DNA from: Nemertoderma westbladi
Lineage: Eukaryota > Animalia > Xenacoelomorpha
Reading direction: 5' to 3'
Length of the DNA: 49,908 bases
Assembly (NCBI GenBank): GCA_032718475.1
Contig: JAUCBJ010005207.1
Location: 1 to 49,908 of the forward strand
Shown: positions 1 to 12,446 of the stretch, in pieces
How positions within the stretch are numbered: the stretch's first letter is position 1
How the letters are laid out: every line of letters begins with the position of its first letter
Translations under genes and position numbers: made by a program
Notes under the pieces: generated by a model
Seen by the model: the letters and a program-made list of their open reading frames with translations, nothing else
What the model was told of the DNA's origin: nothing
Database searches by the model: none

Positions 1-1998
1 TACTCACCCTTTACCGATCGGCACTCAGCTACTCACCCTTTTCCGATCGGCACTCAGCTACTCGCCCTTTTCCGACCCGCACTCAGCTACTCACCCTTTT
101 CCGATCGGCACTCAGCTACTCACCCTTTTCCGATCCGCACTCAGCTACTCACCCTTTCCGATCCGCACTCAGCTACTCACCCTTTTCCGATCGACACTCA
201 GCTACTCACCCTTTTCCGACCCGCACTCAGCTACTCACCCTTTTCCGATCCGCACTCAGCTACTCACCCTTTTCCGATCGACACTCAGCTACTCACCCTT
301 TTCCGACCCGCACTCAGCTACTCACCCTTTTCCGATCCGCACTCAGCTACTCACCCTTTTCCGATCGGCACTCAGCTACTCACCCTTTTCCGATCCGCAC
401 TCAGCTACTCACCCTTTTCCGATCCGCACTCAGCTACTCACCCTTTTCCGATCGACACTCAGCTACTCACCCTTTTCCGATCCGCACTCAGCTACTCACC
501 CTTTTCCGATCCACACTCAGCTACTCACCCTTTTCCGACCCGCACTCAGCTACTCACCCTTTACCGATCGGCACTCAGCTACTCACCCTTTTCCGATCGG
601 CACTCAGCTACTCGCCCTTTTCCGACCCGCACTCAGCTAATCACCCTTTTCCGATCGGCACTCAGCTACTCACCCTTTTCCGACCCGCACTCAGCTACTC
701 ACCCTTTTCCGATCCGCACTCAGCTACTCACCCTTTTCCGACCCGCACTCAGCTACTCACCCTTTTCCGATCCGCACTCAGCTACTCACCCTTTTCCGAT
801 CCGCACTCAGCTACTCACCCTTTTCCGACCCGCACTCAGCTACTCACCCTTTTCCGATCCGCACTCAGCTACTCACCCTTTTCCGATCCGCACTCAGCTA
901 CTCACCCTTTTCCGATCCGCACTCAGCTACTCACCCTTTTCCGATCCGCACTCAGCTACTCACCCTTCTCCGATCGGCACTCAGCTACTCACCCTTTTCA
1001 GATCCGCACTCAGCTACTCACCCTTTTCCGACCCGCACTCAGCTACTCACCCTTTTCCGATCCGCACTCAGCTACTCAGCCTTTCCCGATCCGCACTCAG
1101 CTACTCACCCTTTCCCTATCAGATTTCAGCTACTCACCCTTTCCCTATCCGAACTCAGCTACTCACCCTTTTCCGATCCGCACTCAGCTACTCACCTTTT
1201 TCCGATCCGCAGTCAGCTACTCACCCTTCTCCGATCGGTACTCAGCTACGCACTCTTTTCCGATCCGCACTCAGCTACTCACCCTTCTCCGATCGGCACT
1301 CAGCTACTCACTCTTTTCCGATCCGCACTCAGCTACTCACCCTTTTCCGATCCGCACTCAGCTACTCACCTTTTTCCGATCCGCAGTCAGCTACTCACCC
1401 TTCTCCGATCGGCACTCAGCTAATCACTCTTTTCCGATCCGCACTCAGCTACTCACCCTTCTCCGATCGGCACTCAGCTACTCACCCTTCTCCGATCGGC
1501 ACTCAGCTACTCACTCTTTTCCGATCCGCACTCAGCTACTCACCCTTCTCCGATCGGCACTCAGCTACTCACCCTTTTCCGATCCGCCATCAGCTACTCA
1601 CCCTTTTCCGATCCGCACTCAGCTACTCACCCTTTTCCGATCCGCACTCAGCTACTCACCCTTTCCCGATCCGCACTCAGCTACTCACCCTTTCCGATCC
1701 GCACTCAGCTACTCACCCTTTCCCGATCCGCACTCAGCTACTCACCCTTCTCCGATCGGCACTCAGCTACTCACCCTTTTCCGATCCGCCATCAGCTACT
1801 CACCCTTTTCCGATCCGCACTCAGCTACTCACCCTTTTCCGATCCGCACTCAGCTACTCACCCTTTTCCGATCCGCACTCAGCTACTCACCCTTTCCCGA
1901 TCCGCACTCAGCTACTCACCCTTTTCCGATCCGAACTCAGCTACTCACCCTTTTCCGATCCGCACTCAGCAACTCACCCTTTTCCGATCCGCACTCAG
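1..1998 (-). repeat. 29-bp minisatellite (~69 copies, runs off the window start) made of the last 21 nt of the ABCF1 exon plus its 5' splice site
   Basis: The minus-strand unit is CTGAGTGCGGATCGGAAAAGG|GTGAGTAG. The first copy is the coding end LSADRKR of the ABCF1 exon. Confidence 0.95.
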
Positions 1999-2811
1999 TA
2001 CCGCATCTATCGCCGGCGTATCGTCAGCTTGCACCTCCTGCTCGCAGTATAAGACGTCGATATTCCCCGGTATGGCCAACTTGCGCGCCGCTATGTGCCG
2101 TAGCAACGTGGTCTTCCCGTGTCCGTTGGGCCCGACCAAGCCGTAGCGACGGCCCCGGGTGATCGCCAACGACGCGTTCACAAACAACGCCTTCCCCGCC
2201 GCCGATATGCTGAACTTCTCGACCTTTATGTCGATAGCGTTGTCATGAAGGATCCCCGACTGTGCGGCCTGACTGATAGAGAACTGCGCCATGTCAGGGT
2301 TATCTTCGTCCACCACTGTCGGAGTCTCCATCGCCTCCTGTCGCAACTGCTTTTCCAACTTTTTCCTTTCTTTCCTCGTTAACTTTGAAACGTCAACAGT
2401 TTCTCGGGTTCCGTTTTCCAACTCCTCATCACTAATATAAACTTTAGTTTCCTTATCCTCCGTCGCTACGTCTCCTTTATCCACTACAACCGGTTCTTTA
2501 GTTTGTTTCCTTTTAGCTTTTTTAGTTTCTATTGCGTCTATTACTCGCGGTTCTTCACATTTCGATAAATCATCCTTTAGGTCGTCGAACTTTGATTTCT
2601 TCTTTTTCTTCTGTTTATTTACTGTCGGTACAGATTCTTCCTCGTCATCCGATATTGTAAGGGCAGAGAAACCCGATCGTAATGCCGAATTTCCGTTCGC
2701 TCTGATGTCGTCTACATCATCGTCTGTGTCGTCGTTTACAGGAGGGGGCATCATGTCCTCTATATTTACAGCAACGCGTTGCTGCTGAGTTTTTTTGTTT
2801 TTCTTTGGCAT
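1978..2811 (-). CDS. ABCF1: ABC-F family ATPase ABCF1-like (ABC50), first coding exon (278 codons)
   Basis: ATG at 2811 is followed by a K/E/D-rich N-terminus, then [17 protein letters not shown], Walker [10 protein letters not shown] and Q-loop LYCEQEV. The exon ends at a phase-0 donor AGG|GTGAGT (intron starts at 1977). The rest of the gene lies left of the window. Confidence 0.92.
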
Positions 2812-4080
2812 CTTCTACCGGTAGGCCTAGCAGGCAGACAATTAATTCCGTAATTATGACCAGTAATTAAATTATTTAAATAAATTACCCAGACACCAAC
2901 CAATAACCAGAGTAAGTAAGTTCGTACCGTACCGGTACCGTACTACCAGTAGAATAAATTATATGAACATAATTTTTTTCCTGCAGTGGTGGCTGTGCAC
3001 TATACCTGTATACCGGCGGTACCTGTACTGGCTGTTATAATACTATAAGAGTAATCACGGCCTTCTGACCCCTATCCTGCTATCATCGAAAAATATTATC
3101 AATACTCAATAGCCCCCCGATCACGCAATAACAAATGTATTGAAAAGATTCCTTAAGGCTTTTTTCCTGACCTAATCTTTTTTAATTTTAATTCCTTGCT
3201 GAATCCAACACTGCAACCCTTTTTTCGAATCGCAGTTGTGGGGGGGGGGGGGGGGGGGGGTTGTGATTTTATTGAAAATAATATATTTAATTTATAATAA
3301 TTTATATAAAATTTTATTGCTGATAATATTTGATAACTTTACGCAACAAAAGTCATAAGTCGTTTGATTAATCTTGTTTTCTATGTTGTGCATGAAAAGT
3401 GGCTTGTGTAAAAGTTGACAATTGTATCCGTGGTGGCTCTGGTTGTACGTTGTAATATTCTGGAATATTATGAAAATGTAGGGTAGATTTAGTTCGCATA
3501 TGCGGTTGTAGTGTAGCATTGTAAGTAACTTAAAAATCGTAGCGTCTCATGGGATAGAACCAATTCAAATTCATTTATAAACTCAAATCTTTAAATTCAA
3601 AATGGGTAGAACAAAGCAAACCAAATCAACGAAAAAAGAGTTGTATTACGGAGCTACAGGGATGTCTAAGAATTACAAATCCAAACCATGGCTCATCCGC
3701 AAAACCATGCAAGTTTTAAACACTTTATCTCAGCTATTTTACAACGAAATTCAGATTGTGTTACATATTTGGAATCCTTGCACAGCTTCACATCTTGCAC
3801 ATTTTTCCAGTCACACCTTTCTAATTGTACCAACAAATCACTGCACGGGAGAAGAATAGCTGTGGTGTAACTGGTGCGACTGTAACTATCGACGGAGACA
3901 CTTTTAACACTTGTAGGTTGTAGCTAAAGAATGAAAGCGAAAATACAAATTCTGGCTCACCCAGAAAGGAGGGTGGGGAAACTATCTCTGTTTAAAATTT
4001 CATGCAATCTCATTAAGATTTGTAGGAATTTTTTTTATAGTGTTAGTGTTATTTATTCAGTTTGTTTTCCGCTATTTCAG

Positions 4081-4209
4081 GTACCAAGGTGATATCGAAG
4101 TTGATAGATGAAGACAGCATGAAGGTTGTATCTGAAGCGATTAAACGACCTCCATTACTTTGGGATAACATTCACGCAAACGACTACGACCAAAAGCGTT
4201 TGTTTCTAG
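4081..4209 (+). CDS. OGA: O-GlcNAcase internal exon (end of GH84 catalytic domain)
   Basis: Flanked by tttcag| and |gtacgt. It encodes (G)[42 protein letters not shown](G), which contains the OGA motif [17 protein letters not shown]. It is not in the ORF track. Confidence 0.95.
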
Positions 4210-5675
4210 GTACGTAGACTGCGACCAAAAGCGTTTGTTTCTAGGTACGCTACGACTACGACCAAAAGCGTTTGTTTCTAGGTACGTAGACTACGACTAC
4301 GACCAAAAGCGTTTGTTTCTAGGTACGTAGACTACGACTACGACCAAAAGCGTTTGTTTCTAGGTACGTAGACTACGACCAAAAGCGTTTGTTTCTAGGT
4401 ACGTAGACTGCGACCAAAAGCGTTTGTTTCTAGGTACGTAGACTGCGACCAAAAGCGTTTGTTTCTAGGTACGTAGACTACGACCAAAACCGTTTGTTTC
4501 TAGGTACGTAGACTACGACCAAAAAGCGTTTGTTTCTAGGTACGTAGACTACGACCAAAAGCGTTTGTTTCTAGGTACGTAGACTGCGACCAAAAGCGTT
4601 TGTTTCTAGGTACGTAGACTACGACCAAAACCGTTTGTTTCTAGGTACGTAGACTACGACTACGACCAAAAGCGTTTGTTTCTAGGTACGTAGACTACGA
4701 CCAAAAGCGTTTGTTTCTAGGTACGTAGACTACGACCAAAACCGTTTGTTTCTAGGTACGTAGACTACGACTACGACCAAAAGCGTTTGTTTCTAGGTAC
4801 GTAGACTACGACCAAAAGCGTTTGTTTCTAGGTACGTAGACTACGACCAAAAGCGTTTGTTTCTAGGTACGTAGACTGCGACGAAAAGCGTTTGTTTCTA
4901 GGTACGTAGACTACGACCAAAAGCGTTTGTTTCTAGGTACGTAGACTACGACCAAAAGCGTTTGTTTCTAGGTACGTAGACTGCGACGAAAAGCGTTTGT
5001 TTCTAGGTACGTAGACTACGACCAAAACCGTTTGTTTCTAGGTACGTAGACTACGACTACGACCAAAAGCGTTTGTTTCTAGGTACGTAGACTACGACCA
5101 AAAGCGTTTGTTTCTAGGTACGTAGACTGCGACGAAAAGCGTTTGTTTCTAGGTACGTATACTACGACCAAAAGCGTTTGTTTCTAGGTACGTAGACTAC
5201 GACCAAAAGCGTTTGTTTCTAGGTACGTAGACTACGACTACGACCAAAAGCGTTTGTTTCTAGGTACGTAGACTACGACCAAAAGCGTTTGTTTCTAGGT
5301 ACGTAGACTACGACTACGACGAAAAGCGTTTGTTTCTAGGTACGTAGACTACGACTACGACCAAAAGCGTTTGTTTCTAGGTACGTAGACTACGACCAAA
5401 AGCGTTTGTTTCTAGGTACGTAGACTACGACTACGACGAAAAGCGTTTGTTTCTAGGTACGTAGACTACGACTACGACCAAAAGCGTTTGTTTCTAGGTA
5501 CGTAGACTACGACCAAAAGCGTTTGTTTCTAAGTACGTAGACTACGACCAAAAGCGTTTGTTTCTAGGTACGTAGACTACGACCAAAAGCGTTTGTTTCT
5601 AGGTACGTAGACTACGACCAAAAGCGTTTGTTTCTAGGTACGTAGACTACGACCAAAAGCGTTTGTTTTAGGTAT
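4182..5675 (+). repeat. 35-bp (variant 41-bp) minisatellite, ~41 copies, made of the last 28 nt of the OGA exon plus its donor site
   Basis: The unit is GACTACGACCAAAAGCGTTTGTTTCTAG|GTACGTA. Some units carry an extra GACTAC. Confidence 0.95.
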
Positions 5676-5753
5676 ACGTAGGTTCCTATATAAAGGTTAT
5701 TAATATTTATAAACACATTGGATCTTCGTCTATATTATTAATTAATATGCCAG

Positions 5754-5933
5754 GTCCTTACTCCGGGCGGGATCCATCTATCATCCCACATATACGAGGA
5801 GTGCTCACCAACCCGAACTGTGAGTTCGAAGCCAACTTCATAGCCCTACACACATTGGCGAGTTGGTGTAAATCCTTCATACCAACAACAACCCAATCTA
5901 CTGAAGATGATTCTATTGTCCGAATAGAAGATA
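5754..5933 (+). CDS. OGA: O-GlcNAcase exon
   Basis: Flanked by ccag| and |gtaagt, phase 1/1. It encodes GPYSGRDPSIIPHIRGVLTNPNCEFEANFIALHTLASWCKS, including the conserved GVLTNPNCEFEAN motif. Confidence 0.95.
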
Positions 5934-6234
5934 GTAAGTGTATTTTTCTCGTCAATTTCATTTATAAACCGCATCAGAAGGGTGGGGGGAACTTTCAACG
6001 CAAATAACAGCTGAATACTCCCGAAAAATAACTGTAACGTTCGATTGAATGTCGTTTATTGTTTTGGTTACAATAACGTGCCTCCGTCACCGTTTCATTT
6101 TCATTAATTGATAATTGAGTCGAGATATTAATCATCTTCATGGGTGATTAACATGTCGATTATTAAGTATGTTATATTTTTTATATTCTATTAAATACAG
6201 TTAATACAGTTGTAATTGTATCTGTTGTTCACAG

Positions 6235-7084
6235 ATAATGCGGACCAATTGTTGACCCATAGAATACCGACAGTCGAAGAAAGCCAATCCGAAACTAAAA
6301 CTGCCTTGGCCAATGAGGCTGAGTTTCTGGAGAGGGCTCTCTGTGATTGGCTGATCGAGCTCCACAGGAATTACACTCCATCAGTGTATAAATTCCCGAT
6401 TCCCTCGTCGAAATCAGCCTGCCCCTCCACTCCGCCCCCGCCTATAACCCCCACTGTGGATAACTTTGTAAATACGTGTAAACCTCCGCTGTCCATTAGC
6501 ACTGGTACTGCTGCGGTTGTAGTCGCGTCTACTTCGTCCCAGCTGACCTCCACGACCTTCTCTATAGACTCGCGTAGCAACGCGACCGCTCCCACCGACC
6601 CCGTCGCATCCACCATCTCCGACACCATCGAGGTCCTCGCTTCATCTTCCTCGTCTTCCGACGAGATTTCCCGACTGGTAATCCCCGCGATGCCGGCGCT
6701 CAACCCCGTCGAAGTCCCGCTAAACTCGCTGTCCAACGCCTATGAGGTCGAACCGATGCAGCTGGAGGGAGACGAGGCCCACGATTCGCCTCCCAGGATG
6801 AGTTTAACTCCTCCTGGAGGAATGAGTTCCTCCCCGCCGCCAGACATTGAGCAGTGTCCATCCCAGGAGAACCTTATGCAGGTCGATGTGACGGACTCCC
6901 CGCCCAACTTCCGTTCCCCACTGGATCCCTCTGCGGCAAACTCGAATGACGTCACTAAAGACGACGGTTTGGTTTTCAATGATGTACAAATGTCTGAAAC
7001 ACCCAGAACCTGTTCTCCTATGGAAGATGTCAGCGACGGGTTTCAGCTGAAAGAGGGCCACAAAGTTACTTTGGATGACCTTAG
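6235..7084 (+). CDS. OGA: O-GlcNAcase large exon (stalk with disordered S/P/T-rich insert)
   Basis: Flanked by acag| and |gttggt, with phases compatible with both neighbouring exons. It starts with a helical part (FLERALCDWLIEL) and ends VTLDDLR, which joins LLVDLFYLPFEHG in the next exon. Confidence 0.88.
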
Positions 7085-7358
7085 GTTGGTCATTATTCTA
7101 TTGCTTAAGTTGTGATTGTGATATGGATATCAGAATTTCACCAAATATTTGTATAACTTGGATTGAACTTAGATTGATTGTGGGATTGAACTTAGATTGA
7201 TTGTGTGTGTTCGGTTTTGTACTTTAATGATCACACCATATTGCATAAATCGATCGACTTTATTTAATTCAAAAACCTTAATTTCGATGAAGTATATACC
7301 CAACGGTTTGCATGCGTGAGGTATGGCCGGTTGCAGAAGGAGTTGGGGCGGAGGAGCG

Positions 7359-8006
7359 CGAATTCCAACCCCGAATACGACCACTATGGTGGCGAATTCC
7401 AACCCCGAATACGGCCACTATGGTGGCGAATTCCAACCCCGAATACGGCCACTATGGTGGCGAATTCCAACCCCGAATACGGCCACTATGGTGGCGAATT
7501 CCAACCCCGAATACGGCCACTATGGTGGCGAATTCCAACCCCGAATACGGCCACTATGGTGGCGAATTCCAACCCCGAATACGGCCACTATGGTGGCGAA
7601 TTCCAACCCCGAATACGGCCACTATGGTGGCGAATTCCAACCCCGAATACGGCCACTATGGTGTCGAATTCCAACCCCGAATACGGCCACTATGGTGGCG
7701 AATTCCAACCCCGAATACGGCCACTATGGTGTCGAATTCCAACCCCGAATACGACCACTATGGTGGCGAATCCAACCCCGAATACGGCCACTATGGTGGC
7801 GAATTCCAACCCCGAATACGGCCACTATGGTGTCGAATTCCAACCCCGAATACGGCCACTATGGTGGCGAATTCCAACCCCGAATACGGCCACTATGGTG
7901 GCGAATTCCAACCCCGAATACGGCCACTATGGTGGCGAATTCCAACCCCGAATACGGCCACTATGGTGTCGAATTCCAACCCCCCGAATACGACCACTAT
8001 GGTGGC
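7359..8006. repeat. 34-bp intronic minisatellite, ~19 copies
   Basis: The unit is GGCGAATTCCAACCCCGAATACGGCCACTATGGT. Confidence 0.95.
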
Positions 8007-8045
8007 CCATCAGAGCTCCGCATCTTATGAATTTATTTTTGCGAC

Positions 8046-8527
8046 AATTAAATTTATTTTAATTTAATGTTAATTTTCAAATCGAATACAAGTAAAAAAA
8101 GTGTTAAATTTACTTTCAAATTTGTTTCATTTTAGTTTTACTTTCATTTTCATTTTTGTTTTACTTTCACTTTCGTTTTCATTTATTATCCATTTTTATA
8201 CTTGGGCCATTACAGTCACGCCATAAGTCAAAGACTACGGCGGCCGCCTTTTTCCCTTAAAATCATTTGCAGGCTGTGACTCTAATCCGGTAGCTCTGCC
8301 CAGTGCAGCCATCGATTTTCGAAGAGAAACTTAAAACTGATTTTGCAGGTCGCCCATGGCGGTCATTTCCCTATGAAAGGACTACGAGCCAGACTGACCT
8401 GGAAAGTGAACGTAGTAAGTGAAAGTAAAACTAAAACTAAAATGAAAACGAAAGTGAAAGTAAATTTAATATTGTTGTTAATTGCATTAAATTTGCAAAT
8501 TAACTTTAAATTAAACGAAATTTAATT
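8046..8527. mobile_element. MITE/foldback-like element with long degenerate AT-rich inverted arms
   Basis: The left arm AATTAAATTTATTTTAATTTAATGTTAATTTTC...TTACTTTCA matches the reverse complement of the right arm TGAAAGTAAATTTAA...AAATTTAATT. The core is GC-richer, and no TSD was identified. Confidence 0.55.
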
Positions 8528-8719
8528 CATTAGTTAGTTCAATGTAGTGGCTCTATAGGCTATTATTAAAACAACTGAAAAGAACTCTTTCCCACGCAAA
8601 ATCTTATGTAGAACATAAAACTTAGTCTTATATACCCTACATAAAAGGCCTTATGTATTATGTGTGCAGTGTGAACCGGCTTTTATGGTATTCCATAGAC
8701 AACCGAACGATATGTGGCC

Positions 8720-11700
8720 TAGCTGGGCCACAGTGCACCACACCCCGAGTTTTTGTAGCTGGGCCACGGTGCACCACACACCGAGTTTTTGTAGCTGGGC
8801 CACAGTGCACCACAAACCGAGTTTTTGTAGCTGGGCCACAGTGCACCACACCCCGAGTTTTTGTAGCTGGGCCACAGTGCACCACAAACCGAGTTTTTGT
8901 AGCTGGGCCACAGTGCACCACACCCCGAGTTTATGTAGCTGGGCCACGGTGCACCACACACCGAGTTTTTGTAGCTGGGCCACGGTGCACCACACACCGA
9001 GTTTTTGTAGCTGGGCCACAGTGCACCACACCCCGAGTTTTTGTACCTGGGCCACAGTGCACCACAAACCGAGTTTTTGTAGCTGGGCCACAGTGCACCA
9101 CACCCCGAGTTTTTGTAGCTGGGCCACGGTGCACCACACACCGAGTTTTTGTAGCTGGGCCACGGTGCACCACACACCGAGTTTTTGTAGCTGGGCCATA
9201 GTGCACCACACACCGAGTTTTTGTAGCTGGGCCACAGTGCACCACACCCCGAGTTTTTGTAGCTGGGCCACAGTGCACCACACCCCGAGTTTTTGTAGCT
9301 GGGCCACGGTGCACCACACACCGAGTTTTTGTAGCTGGGCCACAGTGCACCACAAACCGAGTTTTTGTAGCTGGGCCACAGTGCACCACACCCCGAGTTT
9401 TTGTAGCTGGGCCACAGTGCACCACAAACCGAGTTTTTGTAGCTGGGCCACAGTGCACCACACCCCGAGTTTATGTAGCTGGGCCACGGTGCACCACACA
9501 CCGAGTTTTTGTAGCTGGGCCACGGTGCACCACACACCGAGTTTTTGTAGCTGGGCCACAGTGCACCACACCCCGAGTTTTTGTAGCTGGGCCACAGTGC
9601 ACCACAAACCGAGTTTTTGTAGCTGGGCCACAGTGCACCACACCCCGAGTTTTTGTAGCTGGGCCACGGTGCACCACACACCGAGTTTTTGTAGCTGGGC
9701 CACGGTGCACCACACACCGAGTTTTTGTAGCTGGGCCATAGTGCACCACACACCGAGTTTTTGTAGCTGGGCCACAGTGCACCACACCCCGAGTTTTTGT
9801 AGCTGGGCCACAGTGCACCACACCCCGAGTTTTTGTAGCTGGGCCACGGTGCACCACACACCGAGTTTTTGTAGCTGGGCCACAGTGCACCACAAACCGA
9901 GTTTTTGTAGCTGGGCCACAGTGCACCACACCCCGAGTTTTTGTAGCTGGGCCACAGTGCACCACAAACCGAGTTTTTGTAGCTGGGCCACAGTGCACCA
10001 CAAACCGAGTTTTTGTAGCTGGGCCACAGTGCACCACACCCCGAGTTTTTGTAGCTGGGCCACAGTGCACCACAAACCGAGTTTTTGTAGCTGGGCCACA
10101 GTGCACCACACCCCGAGTTTTTGTAGCTGGGCCACGGTGCACCACACACCGAGTTTGTGTAGCTGGCCACGGCGCACCACATACCGAGTTTTTCTAGCTG
10201 GGCCATAGTGCACCACACACCGAGTTTTTGTAGCTGGGCCACAGTGCACCACACCCCGAGTTTTTGTAGCTGGGCCACAGTGCACCACACCCCGAGTTTT
10301 TGTAGCTGGGCCACAGTACACCACACACCGAGTTTTTGTAGCTGGGCCACAGTGCACCACACCCTGAGTTTTTTTATAGCTGGGCCACAGTGCACCACAC
10401 CCTGAGTTTTTGTAGCTGGGCCACAGTGCACCACACACCGAGTTTTTGTAGCTGGGCCACAGTGCACCACACCCTGAGTTTTTGTAGCTGGGCCACAGTG
10501 CACCACACTCCTAGTTTTTGTAGTTGGGCCACAGTGCACCACAAGCCGAGTTTTTGTAGCTGGGCCACAGTGCACCACACCCCGAGTTTTTGTAGCTGGG
10601 CCACGGTGCACCACACACCGAGTTTTTGTAGCTGGGCCACGGTGCACCACACACCGAGTTTTTGTAGCTGGGCCATAGTGCACCACACACCGAGTTTTTG
10701 TAGCTGGGCCACAGTGCACCACACCCCGAGTTTTTGTAGCTGGGCCACAGTGCACCACACCCCGAGTTTTTGTAGCTGGGCCACGGTGCACCACACACCG
10801 AGTTTTTGTAGCTGGGCCACAGTGCACCACAAACCGAGTTTTTGTAGCTGGGCCACAGTGCACCACACCCCGAGTTTTTGTAGCTGGGCCACAGTGCACC
10901 ACAAACCGAGTTTTTGTAGCTGGGCCACAGTGCACCACAAACCGAGTTTTTGTAGCTGGGCCACAGTGCACCACACCCCGAGTTTTTGTAGCTGGGCCAC
11001 AGTGCACCACAAACCGAGTTTTTGTAGCTGGGCCCCAGTGCACCACACCCCGAGTTTTTGTAGCTGGGCCACGGTGCACCACACACCGAGTTTTTGTAGC
11101 TGGCCACGGCGCACCACATACCGAGTTTTTCTAGCTGGGCCATAGTGCACCACACACCGAGTTTTTGTAGCTGGGCCACAGTGCACCACACCCCGAGTTT
11201 TTGTAGCTGGGCCACAGTGCACCACACCCCGAGTTTTTGTAGCTGGGCCACAGTACACCACACACCGAGTTTTTGTAGCTGGGCCACAGTGCACCACACC
11301 CTGAGTTTTTTTATAGCTGGGCCACAGTGCACCACACCCTGAGTTTTTGTAGCTGGGCCACAGTGCACCACACACCGAGTTTTTGTAGCTGGGCCACAGT
11401 GCACCACACCCTGAGTTTTTGTAGCTGGGCCACAGTGCACCACACTCCTAGTTTTTGTAGTTGGGCCACAGTGCACCACACCCCGAGTTTTTGTAGCTGG
11501 GCCACAGTGCACCACACCCCGAGTTTTTGTAGCTGAGCCACGGTGCACCACACACCGAGTTTTTGTTGCTGGACCACAGTGCACCACACCCCGAGTTTTA
11601 GTAGCTGGGCCACAGTGCACCACACCCTGAGTTTTTGTAGCTGGGCCACGGTGCACCGCACACCGAGTTTTTGTAGCTGGACCACAGTGCACCACCCCGA

Positions 11701-12391
11701 GTTTTTGTAGCTGGGCCACAGTGCACCACACCCTGAGTTTTTGTAGCTGGGTCAGTGCACCACACACCGAGTTTTTGTAGCTGGGCCACAGTGCACCACA
11801 CCCCGAGTTTTTGTAGCTGGGCCACAGTGCACCACACCCCGAGTTTTTGTAGCTGGGCCACAGTGCACCACACACCGAGTTTTTGTAGCTGGACCACAGT
11901 GCACCACACCCCGAGTTTTTGTAGCTGGGCCACGGTGCACCACACCCTGAGTTTTTGTAGCTGGGCCACGGTGCACCACACACCGAGTTTTTGTAGCTGG
12001 GCCACAGTGCACCACACCCCGAGTTTTTGTAGCTGGGCCACAGTGCACCACACCCTGAGTTTTTGTAGCTGGGCCACAGTGCACCACCCACCGAGTTTTT
12101 GTAGCTGGGCCACAGTGCACCACACCCCGAGTTTTTGTAGCTGGGCCACAGTGCACCACACACCGAGTTTTTGTAGCTGGGCCACGGTGCACCTCACACC
12201 GAGATTTTGTAGCTGGGCCACAGTGCACCACACCCCGAGTTTTTGTAGCTGGGCCACAGTGCACCACACACTGAGTTTTTGTAGCTGGGCCACAGTGCAC
12301 AACACCCCTACTTTTTGTAGCTGGGGCACGGTGCACCACACCCCTAGTTTTTGTAGCTGGGCCACAGTACACCACACCCCTAGTTTTTGTA
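8720..12391. repeat. 36-bp intronic minisatellite, ~100 copies, with higher-order duplications
   Basis: The unit is AGCTGGGCCACAGTGCACCACACCCCGAGTTTTTGT. Variant patterns recur at 540-bp and 937-bp periods. Confidence 0.97.
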
Positions 12392-12446
12392 CACCTTCTG
12401 CGCCAGTCTTGGACCAACATAATATTATTCAATATTATTATTTCAG

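Noticed and set aside
3292-3870. Short ORFs between ABCF1 and OGA as possible OGA 5' exons
   Set aside because: I see no GH84 motifs or other recognisable similarity.
7312-12432. Many long overlapping ORFs on both strands
   Set aside because: These are translations of the 34-bp and 36-bp minisatellites inside an OGA intron.
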